39,233 nt of DNA. Source: Octopus bimaculoides (Eukaryota). The DNA lies in NCBI RefSeq assembly GCF_001194135.2, contig NC_068987.1, positions 101,566,678-101,605,910 of the forward strand, read 5' to 3'. Shown in pieces: positions 1 through 16,202 of the stretch. Within the stretch, counting starts at the first letter, position 1. Each line of letters starts with the position of its first letter. The notes under the pieces are model-generated. The model ran no database searches, had not been told where the DNA came from, and worked only from the letters and a program-made list of their open reading frames with translations. Made by a program: the position numbers and the translations under genes.

Positions 1-72
1 TGTGTGTGTGTGAAAAGTGCCATGCATGAAGTCAGTCCCTGAAGCATTGTGTGTGTGTGTGAGTGTGTGTGT

Positions 73-114
<42 letters not shown>

Positions 115-149
115 ATAACTACACACTTGTTATAAATGTATGTCTGTGC

Positions 150-200
<51 letters not shown>

Positions 201-263
201 CTGACAAATAGATAGATAGATAGATAGATGCATGCATGCATATGTGTGTGTGTGTGTGTGTGT
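1..263. repeat. (TG)n and (GATA)n microsatellites
   Basis: Direct inspection: (TG)n 1-112, (GATA)n 151-229, (TG)n 243-263. Confidence 0.95.
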
Positions 264-664
264 ACACCAACAGAGAGAAAAATGTGAGACGTACTTGATA
301 AGAATGAAAAAAAAAAAGTAGGAGAGGTAAATTTAAAAACAGAAAAAGAAAGAAAAAAAAGGGACTGGAAATGAAGACAAAATAATAACAAAAAATATCT
401 AGATATAAAAACAAAAAACATTGTAAAAAAAAACAATTAGAGAAAAAGTCTAAGTAAAACCCAAACGTTAAGATGCTGTCTACGGCGGTAGTGAATGTCG
501 GCTATCCAATGAAATGATCGATGTGTAGTCACGTGAGTGGCTGGCTGCTGGCGGGCCGATATAGATGATGGCATAGTGAGACCAACCGGCAGAGAAGAAC
601 TGTTAGATCTGGCTGAGTGTTTGTTGCGCAGGTAGTGAGTGCCATATAGATTCCAGGTTGTGTC

Positions 665-671
665 CTCTCTA

Positions 672-714
<43 letters not shown>

Positions 715-818
715 NNNNNNNNNNNNNNNNNNNNNNNNNNNNNNNNNNNNNNNNNNNNNNNNNNNNNNNNNNNNNNNNNNNNNNNNNNNNNNNNNNNNNN
801 NNNNNNNNNNNNNNNNNT

Positions 819-863
<45 letters not shown>
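665..863. repeat. (CT)n and (AT)n microsatellites flanking N-gap 715-817
   Basis: Direct inspection. Confidence 0.95.
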
Positions 864-867
<4 letters not shown>

Positions 868-2134
868 TCTTTCTGTATAACTTTTTTCCGCTCTCTGTCA
901 ACCTTACTTTCAACCACTCTTGTCTAATACTGTGATTTTTTCTTTTTCTCTGTCAACTCTCTCCTTTTCTCTTTCTCACACATGTAGCGTGTGTACGCGT
1001 GTATATATTTATGTGTGTCCATGATTGCGTGAGTGCGTATACCTATCTTTGTCCGTTTGTCTGTCTGATTTTCTATCAACCTACTTGTCTCTCTACAGGT
1101 GTATTTCTGTCTTCTTTCCTTTTCTCTCTCTCCCTCTCTTTTCTTTCTCCGTCTCCCTCTTCTATTTCTCTCTCTCTTTCTCTCGCGACTCGTACACATA
1201 CACTCACACACTCATATAATGTTCTATCGCTTCATATGCTTCTTAACAGCTTAAATTGCCCCAGAGTTTGTCAGAAACGTTAACACGTAGAAAGCAACAA
1301 GCCACACACACACACTGACACACACACATATACACACTTATATATAATCGCCACTTCCTCCACCTCTACATTCAATCACGCCCGTCTTCTCTCAGCCTCA
1401 CTATTTTCTATCGCAACTTAACTAACTGATCAACATTCATTTTTAACAAATGACAACACTAGAAACAACGGCAAGAAGAAAAGAAGCCTCTACAATAAAG
1501 TGACATCAGAGATAGTAAATACAACTCTAACAGCAGTGGCAACAACAATTACAAACAACAACACCAACAATAAACAACAGCAACGTATTAGCAGTGTAGC
1601 TAGCTAACGAACAAACAACTTCCAACCACGCACTTGCTGTTTGAAACACAGATCTTAACGTCCCGTGTAACAACAAACTGTATATATAAAATATATCACA
1701 CTACCACACAACACATAATTGTGTATACACACGCAAATATAAATACATGTACACACAAACACTCACTCATTTATACGCATTCGTATACGTTCATATACTT
1801 ACATATATATATATATATATTTATATATTCATTTGTATTTATCGTTACACGTAATGTTTACCGCATGGACTTTATTATCGAAACCGATTGAGTTGTGTTG
1901 AAAATAACATATATACATATATACATAATCACGCACACAAACAATAAGAAGGCCCGCGCACCCCCACCCCCACCTATATACACATGTATACAAACAGGCA
2001 CGCATATACACACCCACACACATATATACAGGCATGTATACATGGACAAACATTATGATGCACTGTCCCATACTGCTACGAATATGTATACTAAATAAAT
2101 GAACGAAGTATTTTCTACACACAACTGCACGCAC

Positions 2135-2139
2135 TCACT

Positions 2140-2174
<35 letters not shown>

Positions 2175-2184
2175 TCACATATAT

Positions 2185-2215
<31 letters not shown>

Positions 2216-2373
2216 CAACTAGAGAGAGAAAGAAAAAGAGAGAGACGGACAGAGAAAGAATGTGTGTGAAATTTATTAAATAAATATTTCTACTCCGATA
2301 TATGTTTATTTGTTTACGTAGTTAAATATATGTATATCTAAACATATACACAAACACAACATATACATACATA

Positions 2374-2444
<71 letters not shown>

Positions 2445-2445
2445 G
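2135..2445. repeat. (CA)n/(AT)n/(GA)n microsatellite cluster
   Basis: Direct inspection. Confidence 0.9.
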
Positions 2446-3340
2446 ATATGCAGAAGGGTTTTATAATTTTTTCGTGCATGGAGCAACACTAAAACAACAA
2501 GTGGATAACCTTTATATTTTTTCCTCTCTGATTAATATATATATCCGGATTTACGGACACATCATCCAGTTATACACCCAGAAAATATGACTATATTTTA
2601 ATTATATATATTATGATATATAAATATATACATAATATTCCTGTCTAAAATGATCTGCTCCTGGCCACGCTATAAATCCACCCGGAACTATCGATCTGTC
2701 GCCTGACAATATACCCGGATTAACTTATACATTTCTACATTATTATACCCCGGACCTATTGATCTGACGTATCGGCACCCAAGCTTAATGTTCTGGCCAC
2801 CCGTATACATATATATATATATATATAAATATATGTATATATACATACTACTGATCTAATCTCCTTGTAATATATCTCGTTCTGATCACTTTTTTTTTTT
2901 GCTGCCTCACCTCTCTCTTTCTGGCCTCATACACACACGCACACACACACACACACACACACCCACTTCCACGTATATCAACTGAGGCATCAATGTACCT
3001 GTAGCATATCAGTGATTATAGCTCTCTTTCTACACATACACACACACACTTATATATTCGTACGTCCAAACATATATACATGCATACATACATACATATT
3101 CCAAATAAAAAAAAACACGTCAAAGACCCTAAACTTTTTAGCCTATCCGTCGTCATCATTGTTGTTAATATCATCACCATACCCGTCAATCATTGATATT
3201 TAGAGACATCCGTAAAGTTACTATGATTCCATCCTGCAGTTTACAATAGTTCACATATAGTCATTTCTTTAGGAGGTACACTCCTCCAGGTGAGGCGATA
3301 CTGTTATACATATATACATACTATCTAATTATATATACAT

Positions 3341-3397
3341 ATCTATCTATCTATCTATCTATCCATCTATCCATCTATCTATCTATCTATCTATCTA

Positions 3398-3445
<48 letters not shown>
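3341..3445. repeat. (TATC)n-(TA)n compound microsatellite
   Basis: Direct inspection. Confidence 0.95.
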
Positions 3446-3448
<3 letters not shown>

Positions 3449-4364
3449 TGTAACATTTTATATATATATATATAATTGTAACATTTATATATCTGTATAT
3501 ATATAATGTTACGATTATTTGTTAAATTACTATTTCACACGTACTCCGCCTCCGATTGCAACTAAATACCATCCCGACATCTAATACTACACATACCTTC
3601 ACTAAAATATAGAACAGTTTTAGTTTAAATACGAAATGAATACTAATAACTTATTTTTGTCATCTTTATTTATTTGAGTTGAAATTACCATTTCTTTTGT
3701 TTATATAATTATTGATTTTTTTCTTTTCTTCTTCTTTCAATCAATTTTCAGAAACTTTCTTATCTGCAGTTCTCAGCGGAATCAATTCTTACAGAAGAAG
3801 AAATACTTCACCAAGTTTGCAATATATCTTCCAATATTCGGATTTTTTATATATATATATAACCAGTATCTTAAAAAATTCCTGTTTTCTAAGCAAGCAC
3901 ATATAACACATGTGTGTATGAGTAACAAACAAAAATATATCAAGCAAATTATATACACATATTATTTAACAGTTGGGTATTTTAAAAATTACATACTCTA
4001 AATTCATTTCCATATACATTTACATAAATTAATCATTATATATATATATATATATATATATAGATTTAATTATATCTGTACATAGGTTATACTTTATCAT
4101 ATTAAAATTTTATTATTATTATTAATACCATTATTATCAAGGCTATTTTAGTTAAGTACTAATCTTGTAATTTCTAAATCTGACTGAATCATTCTTCTCG
4201 AAACTCAACAGCTGTAACAACTACAAGTTTCTAATACATTTTTATACATTTTGTTAGTCTATCGCTCAGTTTATCTATCTTTCTATCTCTCTGTCTCTCA
4301 ATCTGTCTATCTATTTGTTTATCTATGCGTCTGTGTGTATTTCTCTGACACACACACATTCACA

Positions 4365-4369
<5 letters not shown>

Positions 4370-4414
<45 letters not shown>

Positions 4415-4547
4415 GTATACATATATACGTATCCAAACGTAGAAGTTATATTCCACTCTTTCATTTTATTTCATATATCCAAAATAGGCAATATATTTAT
4501 TTAACCTAAATTCATTAAAAAAAGAAGACATAGACAAGTATACTTAC

Positions 4548-4600
<53 letters not shown>
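4370..4600. repeat. (CT)n and (AT)n microsatellites
   Basis: Direct inspection: 4370-4410 and 4552-4593. Confidence 0.9.
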
Positions 4601-4601
<1 letters not shown>

Positions 4602-6530
4602 TATATACATACAAGGATATATACATAAAATATACATACATATCTATGTCTGTAACAACCCATTACTAAACTAGAAATGATGTTTTGGGAAATATCTTAA
4701 AATCTTGCGAAAGTAATGAAGACAAATGAATGCAAGCGAGATTTTAAATAATAATCAAAGAAGAAAAACGAAAAGATAATGAAAGAATATATAATTAAAT
4801 ATATTCGTTCCTTGCTCTAAACACACAAATCTATACGACCATGCACGCACACTTTCCAAACATACAGACACACACACATACATATAACAGAACACACAAA
4901 CACAGTTTCTGTTATTGATCTATAATCTCGCATACAGACACACGAACACACAGCCACAGACGCATACATTTCATACATACATATTTAATTATCGATCCAT
5001 CCATACGCACACTCACTCCCAACACACATACGTACAGACACCGTCACACACTCACGCACTCACACACACACACACATACACACGCGCGCACACACAGACA
5101 TACACTCGCATGAACACAACCAAACGCACATGTACATATTTGTTCTGAGTGTGCGCATGGTATCTACGTATATTAAACAATATATTTAAACAGAAAACAG
5201 CTGATATACACTTGCAGGCTGAAAAATTGAAAAAAAAAAAAAAGGCACACACACGCGCGTACATATACACACACACATAATACATATATATAATNNNNNN
5301 NNNNGTACATATACACACACACATAATACATATATATAATACATACGTAAATATATATATATATATATTATTTTTCAACTGATTTCTTTTTTATCTTATT
5401 CTCAATTTATTTATTTATATTTGACCATGGATATTATTTCAAGCTTAATTTTCTGTCAAACTTCGTCCAGAGATTACGGATTAACAGACACATTTTCGTC
5501 GAAAGGATTACCATCGAAATATTTCGAACTGCAACAACAACAACAACAACAACAACGACATCAACAACAACCAATACAACGACAAACAAAATATCAACAG
5601 CTTAAATATTACCAACAACTGCATTGATAACAACAACAATTAGAACCGTTATCGTCATTACTTTTGAGTTTTTCCACGTTATTATTATTGTTGTAACGAC
5701 AAAAGGATATTAACAGCTACAAATTTGAAATACCAAAAAACAGAAAATTCTATTGAAAAAGTTGAAAACAAAGTGCGCGCGCACACACACACGCAATAAA
5801 TACACCACAAAAATTATATAGAGATTGGTAGAATTTAAAATTAAAATTCACAACATAAGTATTTACAATAACAATTACAAAACTATCAGTAACAATTAAA
5901 TTTTATATATACATATATGATAAATAAATATCCTTATTATTTTAATCATATAAATTATATATACTTCCTTTCTGATAAATAGATTATTTCTGACTTTTTC
6001 CTCCATTTATCTGAGTATTTATTATATTTTGTGAAAATTTTCGTTTCATATTTTACGTTAAGGGAATACCTACACGCTCAGTCACACACATATACACACG
6101 CACGAACACACACACACACACACAAATATATTTTACATTCATCCTCACTTCCACATGTAATATATATATATATATACAAAATTAAATATACGTTATTAAT
6201 GTGAAAAGACTTAAAACACTTGCGAAAGGATTTAGGAATGATATCTTGACACTGTTTAATTCCTCTTAGATCTATTTCAAATCCATCCATAGACGTTTAG
6301 TATAAACTTTTAAGAGATACAAATACGCGCACGCGCATACACGCACGCGCGCACACACATACACAGACAACCATATGCAAACATACGACGGTGACTGACA
6401 GCACGCCTATACATCCATGCGAGCAACAGATATATATTTTGCTGTCTGCCTATCAGACTACATTTGGGAGTCCGACGAATTGTTGAAAGAAGTTGTCCAG
6501 TGCAACAGTCGATGGCTATGTAAGCACTGA

Positions 6531-8534
<2,004 letters not shown>

Positions 8535-9239
8535 TAGGTGCAGAAATTTCATCATATTTGTGTGTGTGTGTGAGAGAGAGAGAGAAATTTTGTTTTATTA
8601 CATTTTATGTTTCCGAGAGCATTAAAATGGCGAAGTGTTAGAAATGGGAGAGCGCCGAACTAAATGACTTTCTGTATTTTGTTACATCCAATTACGTCCA
8701 CAAAACTCAAAACTGGCCATCAGAATCGTCTTTCATTGATTTTCACACCTCTGAGATCTATAAAATAAACACCAATGAACTATAACATTATCGTATAAAT
8801 TTGTTGCTTTGTGTTTCCATTAGAAATCAATAACTTGTCTGTTTATCTAAGTGCTATGTATATGTGACTATATGTGACTGTGTGCGTTTGGATGTGTATG
8901 TGTTTGTGTGAATATGTGTATGTAAGTAGTATCTGTTGCGCGTGTGAGTGTGTATGTGCGTGTGGGAGTCGTAAAACAGTGATAATCTTTAGGAAGAACT
9001 ATAATTGTAGGACAGCTTCTCGATTCCTATGTGTGAGTTGAACTCGAGACCTGAAAGCTTAAGTAGTAGTGAAGCATTTTAGTTCAGTTTGGTTTCGTTG
9101 CTTCCATTATTCTGCAAATACAAATAACCACTTGGAGTGTTGATAAGTCTGTAAACTAACGTTTTCAATGCGTGTTTCTGACTTAGGTACAAGAACCGCA
9201 GTTTTTGAAAGGAAGATTTAGAAAACATCATCAATCCAG

Positions 9240-9345
9240 AAATTAGCTGGTTCTTTATTTTATCGGCAGGATTTGAACTCAAAACAAAATGAGTCGAAAG
9301 AAATTCTGCAAAGTATTCCTCACCGATGCTCTCATAGCTAACATT
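9240..9345 (-). mobile_element. SINE family A, old fragment
   Basis: TTATTTTATCGGCAGGATTTGAACTCAAAAC followed by degenerate head sequence. Confidence 0.45.
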
Positions 9346-10219
9346 GCAAATCACGGAAATCTTATTAGAATTCGGTTACGGTACGGTTTCAACGGTGACA
9401 GATTTTATTATTACTATTATTATTATTACGTTTTTTTCTTTGCTTTTTATCGGCTCTAGTCGTAATTGAATTATATTGTGACAAGGTTTAATTTGTTACA
9501 GAGCCTTCTCGTAAGACGATATTAGTTATGACCGGTGTTCGTTGCAGTATGTTTCTAGTTGGGACAGAATTGGTTGTATGTGTTTTGGTTTCGACCATGT
9601 TTTCATTATATCGGGGATTCTAATAACGATAATATTTTTAGTTACGACTACGCTTAGGTTATGGCGACTTTAGTATGGTTATGATGGTCTTTTTAGTTAT
9701 GACTGCGTTTGGTTATGATGGTCTTTTGCTATGACTGTTTTTAGTTATAACTATGCCTTGTGTTTTAGCTATGACTGCATTTCGATTATGACTAAGTTAT
9801 GACTATCTTCACGTTATGGTGACTATTTTGTTAATAAATGCATTTTAGTTTTGTTTATGTTTTGGTTATAACTAAGGCTTGGTTGTGATAATAAATTTGT
9901 GACCAGATCTTAGGTGTAACTCGTTTACCATTTCAGATTTAAGATATTTCGCTTTATTTATATGTTGCAAAACCTTTTAAACGTCAAAACTTAGTTTTCT
10001 TCCCTTCCACTTCTAAATGTAAGGCACTCAACATGTTGCACGTCAGGTTTATTCTGCCGTTGTATATATAGATGGTTTTCTGTTATTAAATATTATTGCT
10101 AATCTAGTTTGTAAGGAGCATGCTGCAGTAGGCCTTTCTCGTGAACACTTTCAAACGTTATTGTCTGCGGGAAAGCATGCCCAGAAGATGAAAATGCTAA
10201 TAATGGAATCTCTATAAAC

Positions 10220-10435
10220 AGGTAACATGTAGAGGCAGGCAGAGCTATGCTATAAATAGCAGCCAAATCTCTCACTAATTATACTCTACTTTCGGTAAAA
10301 AGAGGTAGGACACTTATGATGTCATTCTAGATATGATATTTCCGACTAAGAGATGGGGTAGTTATCGCTAGAGTGTCTTTAACCATATCTCTGTTAAATC
10401 ATACCCAACTCGCTGCTAGACAACAAGAACAATAA
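10220..10435 (+). repeat. Dispersed repeat family E copy (GCTAGAAATAGCAGCCAAATCTC motif)
   Basis: The motif recurs at ~14951, 15320, 23542, 24001, 25050, 25840 and 38028 (+) and ~17250-17280 (-). Confidence 0.6.
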
Positions 10436-11145
10436 CGAGAATGGGGAAGCTTCAATAAGGTTTGAATTCAGATGGAGGAAGAAGTAGGTTTGGGGTTCGT
10501 CACAGAGCCTTCACGGTGTCACAAAACATAAGTGGTTATACAGTTGTCTAGTTTAGTAGATCAGTTAGTAAAAAGTAGTTAAAGCTGAAAGAATAAAAAT
10601 ACAGAACAGCGGTGCAACAAGTGATTGTCGTGTGATGAGGAGTTTGATAAAGAAAGGCGGAACTTAATACAAACTTGTTCTAGAGAGGCTGTGTATATAG
10701 CAGCAGTAAAACTAAAGACATATAGGTAATATGTAGAGGCAGGTATAGCTATGTTCTTAAAAAATTCATTTCGCAACTACGTGATTTCAGGTTCAAACTC
10801 TGACAACAATGCTGTATTATCGTTAAGTGTCGGCTTCCGAAACCACAGGTTGTGCAATACCTTTCACACAGAGGGACTGTATGACAACGCGTCACGCACA
10901 CCGCGATTTTATATGTGTTGTATATAAGTTCTATGTATGTGTGATTACACATATATAAACTGCTTGTGCATATATAACAAAAACTATGTCTAGAGAAAAT
11001 TACATCTTTATTAAAGAACTCACCTTATAAAGCCGACAATTGTTTTTGTATGTGCGTGTGTGTAAAATATATGTGTACGTATCTATCAATTTATCTGTCT
11101 ATATATATGTTATGTATATGTAATTTGCATACATGTAGTATGCAA

Positions 11146-11147
<2 letters not shown>

Positions 11148-11184
<37 letters not shown>

Positions 11185-11335
11185 NNNNNNNNNNNNNNNN
11201 NNNNNNNNNNNNNNNNNNNNNNNNNNNNNNNNNNNNNNNNNNNNNNNNNNNNNNNNNNNNNNNNNNNNNNNNNNNNNNNNNNNNNNNNNNNNNNNNNNNN
11301 NNNNNNNNNNNNNNNNNNNNNNNNNNNNNNNNNNN

Positions 11336-11378
<43 letters not shown>
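11148..11378. repeat. (AT)n microsatellite with N-gap 11185-11335
   Basis: Direct inspection. Confidence 0.95.
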
Positions 11379-11382
<4 letters not shown>

Positions 11383-13234
11383 ATGTGCATCAGAAAGAAT
11401 ATGCTCATATAAAAATTCATATGGAATGCGTATGTTGATATATATTTAATATACGTGTGTGTGTGTTACTTATAAAGGTTATGTATGTATATACATAGGT
11501 GTGTGTGCGTATGTATCGTTGACTCAGTCAATAAAGCGATGATTTCGAACAAGAGCACCACGTGGTATTCCACACCGGTTACGAAGGTGATTCGCTGGTG
11601 CACTCTGCATTTGAAATGCAACTAACCGGTTATTGGCTTATTGGAAACTTGTTCATGGTAGTGCTGGTCTGTACCTCTCCCACCGTCTCATCTCTGGGCC
11701 TATGACAAAAGGTATCTTCCTACTATGCCCACCTTCGTCCTTGTCTCTCTCTCTCTCTCTTCTTTTATTAATATCTAGTATTATATTATCCAGTGCATCC
11801 TTCAGTGTACGAGGTTTTAGGTATGTAACTTAAAGGAGATTTAGCGACAGATCGATCAACCACGCAGAGAGGACTTAGTTTGGAAATTCATAAACAATGG
11901 TTCTAATTTGTTCACAATAGATGGTGTAAACCTTGATAAGATAATGATGGTGATTTAACGTGGGCCGCCCTGGTGTTTTGCCGAGGGTCAGCAACCGGTT
12001 TAAAACTAATTTTATTTCCTGCTAAGAGGTTAAAGTTCTCGGAAAGCAAAATTGGCTCACACTGTTTCGTTCCACTTTGAAAACCACTTCACATCACTTA
12101 AGCTGTTGCTACTGCCCTCAAGAGAAATGGGAATGTCACACTCTGCATTTCTTCCTCACTGCTTTAAAGTAAATAGTTAGATCCTTCATGAGAAATGATT
12201 AAGATGCTAATGTGACAGCTAAAACGTGTATACTATAAGAATGCTCTCAAGTTCAATTCTTAATAATGTCAACTTAATTTCCTTTTTTATAACTGACCAT
12301 TTGGAAAGTAAAAAATTACTCGAGCTCTCTACTTACATTATAATTTCATTTAAAAGCAAAATACTCCTTATTCCAAAGACCATAATTGGATTCAGTTATC
12401 AGTAAAACACACTTATATATTACTGTGGTACTTACTTATCTAAAACGTATTGGAGATTTTTCACGTTCAAATAGTGACATGGATCTCTTTTCTTTTTTCA
12501 TATATTTTGTTATTGGACAAGCGAGAAGACCACAAACGAAGGGTTAAACTCTTTACAATCAAGTTTACTAACGATAAACTATAATCATTATGACGTACTC
12601 TTTCCATAATGCTTGAGATAAGATGTACTCTATTCAGTAATCCTTGAAATAAGATAGGATCTTAACGATAGATTATATTCTTTACAATAAACATTAAGAT
12701 AAAATACAATCACTTACAGGGCGCTTACCGTAAGCTATATTTCTACCAAAAGATTTACTTCTCAACGCGGCATGCAATAAACTACACTTTTTGCAAATGA
12801 AGAATAATAAAACGTTTTTCCTTATGCTTTTTTTATTATCGTAATTCTTCTCCTTTATGTATTAACATATAATGTTAATGCCTAAAAAATCTTCATAATT
12901 TTCTGAACTTTTTGCTATATTTTGTTTTATTTTTTGTTTTTCCTTTCTTAAGTTATTTCTCTACTTTAAATACCTTTCACTCATCCACCTCCTCCAATAA
13001 ATAAATAAATAAATAAAAGAAATAACAATTTTTTTGTGAAATTCTTTTCAAAAACTTTTTCTCGAAGGTTTTCAACACTCCTTTTAATTAATTAAATAAT
13101 GAATTAATTAATTAACTAAAATTAATGAATCGAATTATCACTGGGAACGGTTTTATTTGATTCAAATAATAGGGTCTAAATGCCAGCAAGTCAATTCCAA
13201 TAGAACGGGTGTGAATTGGTTAATATTGATTTCT

Positions 13235-13350
13235 GACTTTGGCATCAGGTTCAAAATTTCGGGTGGAAAAGGCAGTCGATTAACTGCTAATTAATTTATC
13301 GACCCTCATTAAGGATGAAAAGCTAACTTGACAAGGAAGAGGATTTAAAT
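13235..13350 (-). mobile_element. SINE family A, old fragment
   Basis: AAAATTTCGGG...GGCAGTCGATTAA...AATTTATCGACCC...AAGGATGAAAAG. Confidence 0.5.
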
Positions 13351-13472
13351 GCTTCTACGTATGAAGATGTGACAAAATAGCAAAGAAAATTTTGGCTAAT
13401 ATTTTAATGCTTTTGCTATTCATGGGCCTTGTCAAAATACAAATTTATGAGATAACGAGAAAGTTTTTCGGT

Positions 13473-13652
13473 TAACGGTTTTTCAAACTGGTGCCGGAGC
13501 ACCCATGAGAATCCATGATAGTAGTTCCAGAGGTCTGTGAGCTGAGTTCAAAATGTATTAAGTAGCTATTACTTTTATAAGTGTGGAGTCTGAGAAAAAA
13601 ATTGATTTAAATGAAAAAGAGTCCTTGGTAGTGAAAAGATTAGAAATCACTG
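13473..13652. mobile_element. hAT-like MITE, highly degenerate
   Basis: Left end TAACGGTTTTTCAAACTGG and right end AAAAGATTAGAAATCACTG resemble CAGTGGTTTTCAAAC-type TIRs. Confidence 0.4.
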
Positions 13653-14413
13653 CTCGAACTAGTAGCAATATCTACCTGAATTAACTGGCAATTCGGTGAA
13701 GGAGAGTACCAATCAAGATTTTTTCCGTAGATATAATCGATTGTCTCCTTGCTCAAAATTTGAGGCCTGGTGCCTATATAAAAAATCGATATTACAAGCA
13801 CGTCTTCTACAGCTTTATTTCAGTTCCGTGCTATCGTTATATACCAGTCCGCTCTTGGACATTTCTAATACCATATCAGTTTTTACGACAAGATACCACT
13901 AACACCTCGCTCAACCTTCTTCCTGTGATTGGTCTCTGACGATCCTTTTGACAGCCAAATGCAAACGATTCCAAGCGAGAGGACTGACCACTCCATTTTG
14001 CTAGTTCTTTCGTCGCTCACGGAAGAATGAACAGTAAAGTGCATCTCAACGGGATTTGAACTCAGAACATTGAGAGCAGGAACAAATATACAATGCATTC
14101 TGTTCCTGACCTTTGTTGTTCAGATTTGAACTATGTATTTGTATCTGTATGCGCAGACCTGGGACAGGCCCGTTTTCTTTTCGTGTGAAAGACTGGCGGA
14201 TGCCCATGCATAAAAAAACCTCTCTTTCCCATGTCACCAATATTGTCAACGGAAAGACCGCTACTTTAAGGTCTTCGAGTTGCTACAGCTTGACACCAGT
14301 ATTGTCGTAGGTGTTGCTGTTATAACGCAATGAGTGGGAACACATTCTGCAAGGTATGCCGTCTGATGCTCTAATACGTCTTGCCAATGCGCAGTTTGGG
14401 ATTGCTACTTCTA

Positions 14414-14545
14414 CTTATTTTATCGGGCCTAAAAGACAGAAGGCAAAAGATGATCACAGCAGGATTTGAACGCCGAGTGCAGATAACTAGAACAAAACAC
14501 CGAGACATGCTAGCCAGCGCTCTAACGACTTTGCTAACTCACCGA
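14414..14545 (-). mobile_element. SINE family A, old fragment
   Basis: TTTTATCGGGCC.AAAAGACAGAAGGCAAAAG...GGATTTGAAC...CTAACGACTTTGCTAACTCACCG. Confidence 0.55.
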
Positions 14546-15717
14546 ATGATTATAGCCCTTCCTCTTCCCATATCTAATTCCACTTAACAAGGTTAGAAAT
14601 TATTATTAGTGCTTACTTTGTAAGAATAGTCTGTATTTTATTCTACGTACAAAACCGAATCATCCAACGCCCGTTTTGCTTTTTTGGTAGTAATATCCCC
14701 AGGAATAATAATGATAAAGAAATGGATGCAAACGCCACAACTCATGATTTTTGTAAGGGTCTTGCGCTCTGCGAACTGAGTTAACCCGGTGGGATTTAAG
14801 GGATATTTAGAGGTCGTTTTTAGATGGCCTAGCATCTACATAAGGGGCTCGAGTTTGTATGCTTGTGTATATAATGTGACTGCGTGTGTTTTTAGAATAT
14901 AACAGAAGCAGCTGACTGTATTGAAGGATTCACAATATGGCCCCTTATCTTGCTAGAAATAACAGCCAAATCTATTGAATAAAATCTTACCGTCTTACAT
15001 ATATACATAGCGCAAATACACACACACACACACACGCAGAGGACATGGAAGATTACGTAATCGATGATAAGCTATGGAAAGAAAATGACGGGATGGTCTC
15101 TGCTGACTCAGTTCAATCACGATTGATCCAGACAGAAACTGTTTTCAACTATGACCATGGTTTGGCCTGTGTGGGTCACAGTTTCAAGTTTCGTTCTTCA
15201 TTCTGATTTCAAATCTTGACCGTTGTCAATATTACCTTTTATTCTAGTAAGATATACGTACTACTTAACAAAAGGAGGTTGAACAAATGACAGGGCTTTT
15301 AGGTGATCATTTGGTATACCGAAAAGAGCAATCAAATCTCATCTAAATCATTTCCTACTGTTTAAAAATATGGAGAGAGAGACTTAGTGCTATATCTTAG
15401 AGACAGACAGATAGGAAGGTCATGACTAGGACGTCTTTCGATTAAAGAACTGTCCTGGAGAAAATTAAAAACTACTTGTCAAAGAATATAGAGTGTACGT
15501 TATTAATATAATATGTCAGTTATTATACCACACCTTAATTAAGGCTAAAGTGGCTTTCAGATTGAACGTATTCAGTACCGGAACAGTGACGTATGGAAAC
15601 CGCTTGATAGCGGGAAACAATCACCTGATGAATCGATTCTGCGACCAGGCTTCGATTCTTTATAGCTTTCAGTTAATTCCATTTGCTACAAAACGGTAAG
15701 CACGTCACAACGCTTTA

Positions 15718-15758
<41 letters not shown>

Positions 15759-15760
<2 letters not shown>

Positions 15761-15960
15761 GGCGGCGAGCTTGGCAGAATCGTTAGCATGCTGGACGAAA
15801 AACTTAGCGGTATATACTGAGTTCAAATTTCGCCGAGGTCGACTTTACCTTTCATCCTTTCGGGGTCGATAAATTAAGTACCAGCTGAATACTATGGTCG
15901 ATTTAATCGACTAGCCCTCTTCCCTACAATTTCAGGCCTTCTGTCTATAGTAGAAAGGAT
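15759..15960 (+). mobile_element. SINE family A copy (AAGGCGGCGAGCTGGCAGAATCGTTAG... head)
   Basis: Homologous to many copies in the window; B-box-like GAGTTCAAATT; (ATT)n tail. Confidence 0.85.
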
Positions 15961-15985
15961 TATTATTATTATTGCTATTAGTTTG

Positions 15986-16202
15986 AAGGCGGTATGTTGG
16001 CAGAATCGTTAGTACGCCGGACAAAATGCTTAGCAGCATTTCATCTGTTGTTACGTTCTCAGTTCAAATTCCGCCGAGGTTGACTTTACCATTCATTCTT
16101 TCGGATTCGATAAAATATGAACCAGTTAAGTCATTAGGGCCGATCTAAGTGGCTTGCATATTACCCAGAAATTTTAGACCTTGTTTATATAGCATAAAGA
16201 AA

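Noticed and set aside
119-436. Numerous ORFs of HTHT, YIYI, CVCV or LSLS type throughout the window
   Set aside because: Translations of dinucleotide and tetranucleotide microsatellites or N-gaps.
1422-1607. ATG-less 61-codon frame (…NNGKKKRSLYNK…TTITNNN…) resembling the HS3ST stem in composition
   Set aside because: No start, ends in a stop with no obvious donor, and CAA/AAC-rich DNA readily yields stop-free frames.
5259-5340. Identical 36-mers flanking a 10-N gap
   Set aside because: Typical unmerged contig overlap (assembly artefact).
5421-5627. 68-aa polyQ ORF
   Set aside because: Explained by a (CAA)n tract, begins at a TTG and has no recognisable domain; at most leader sequence.
8535-8537. 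TAG ending the 664-aa ORF as the true stop
   Set aside because: It lies within the GTAGGT donor, and the catalytic domain is only about one-fifth complete at that point.
15625-15660. CTGATGA followed by a hairpin, as a possible extra hammerhead
   Set aside because: No GAAA after the stem and no stem I/III partners.
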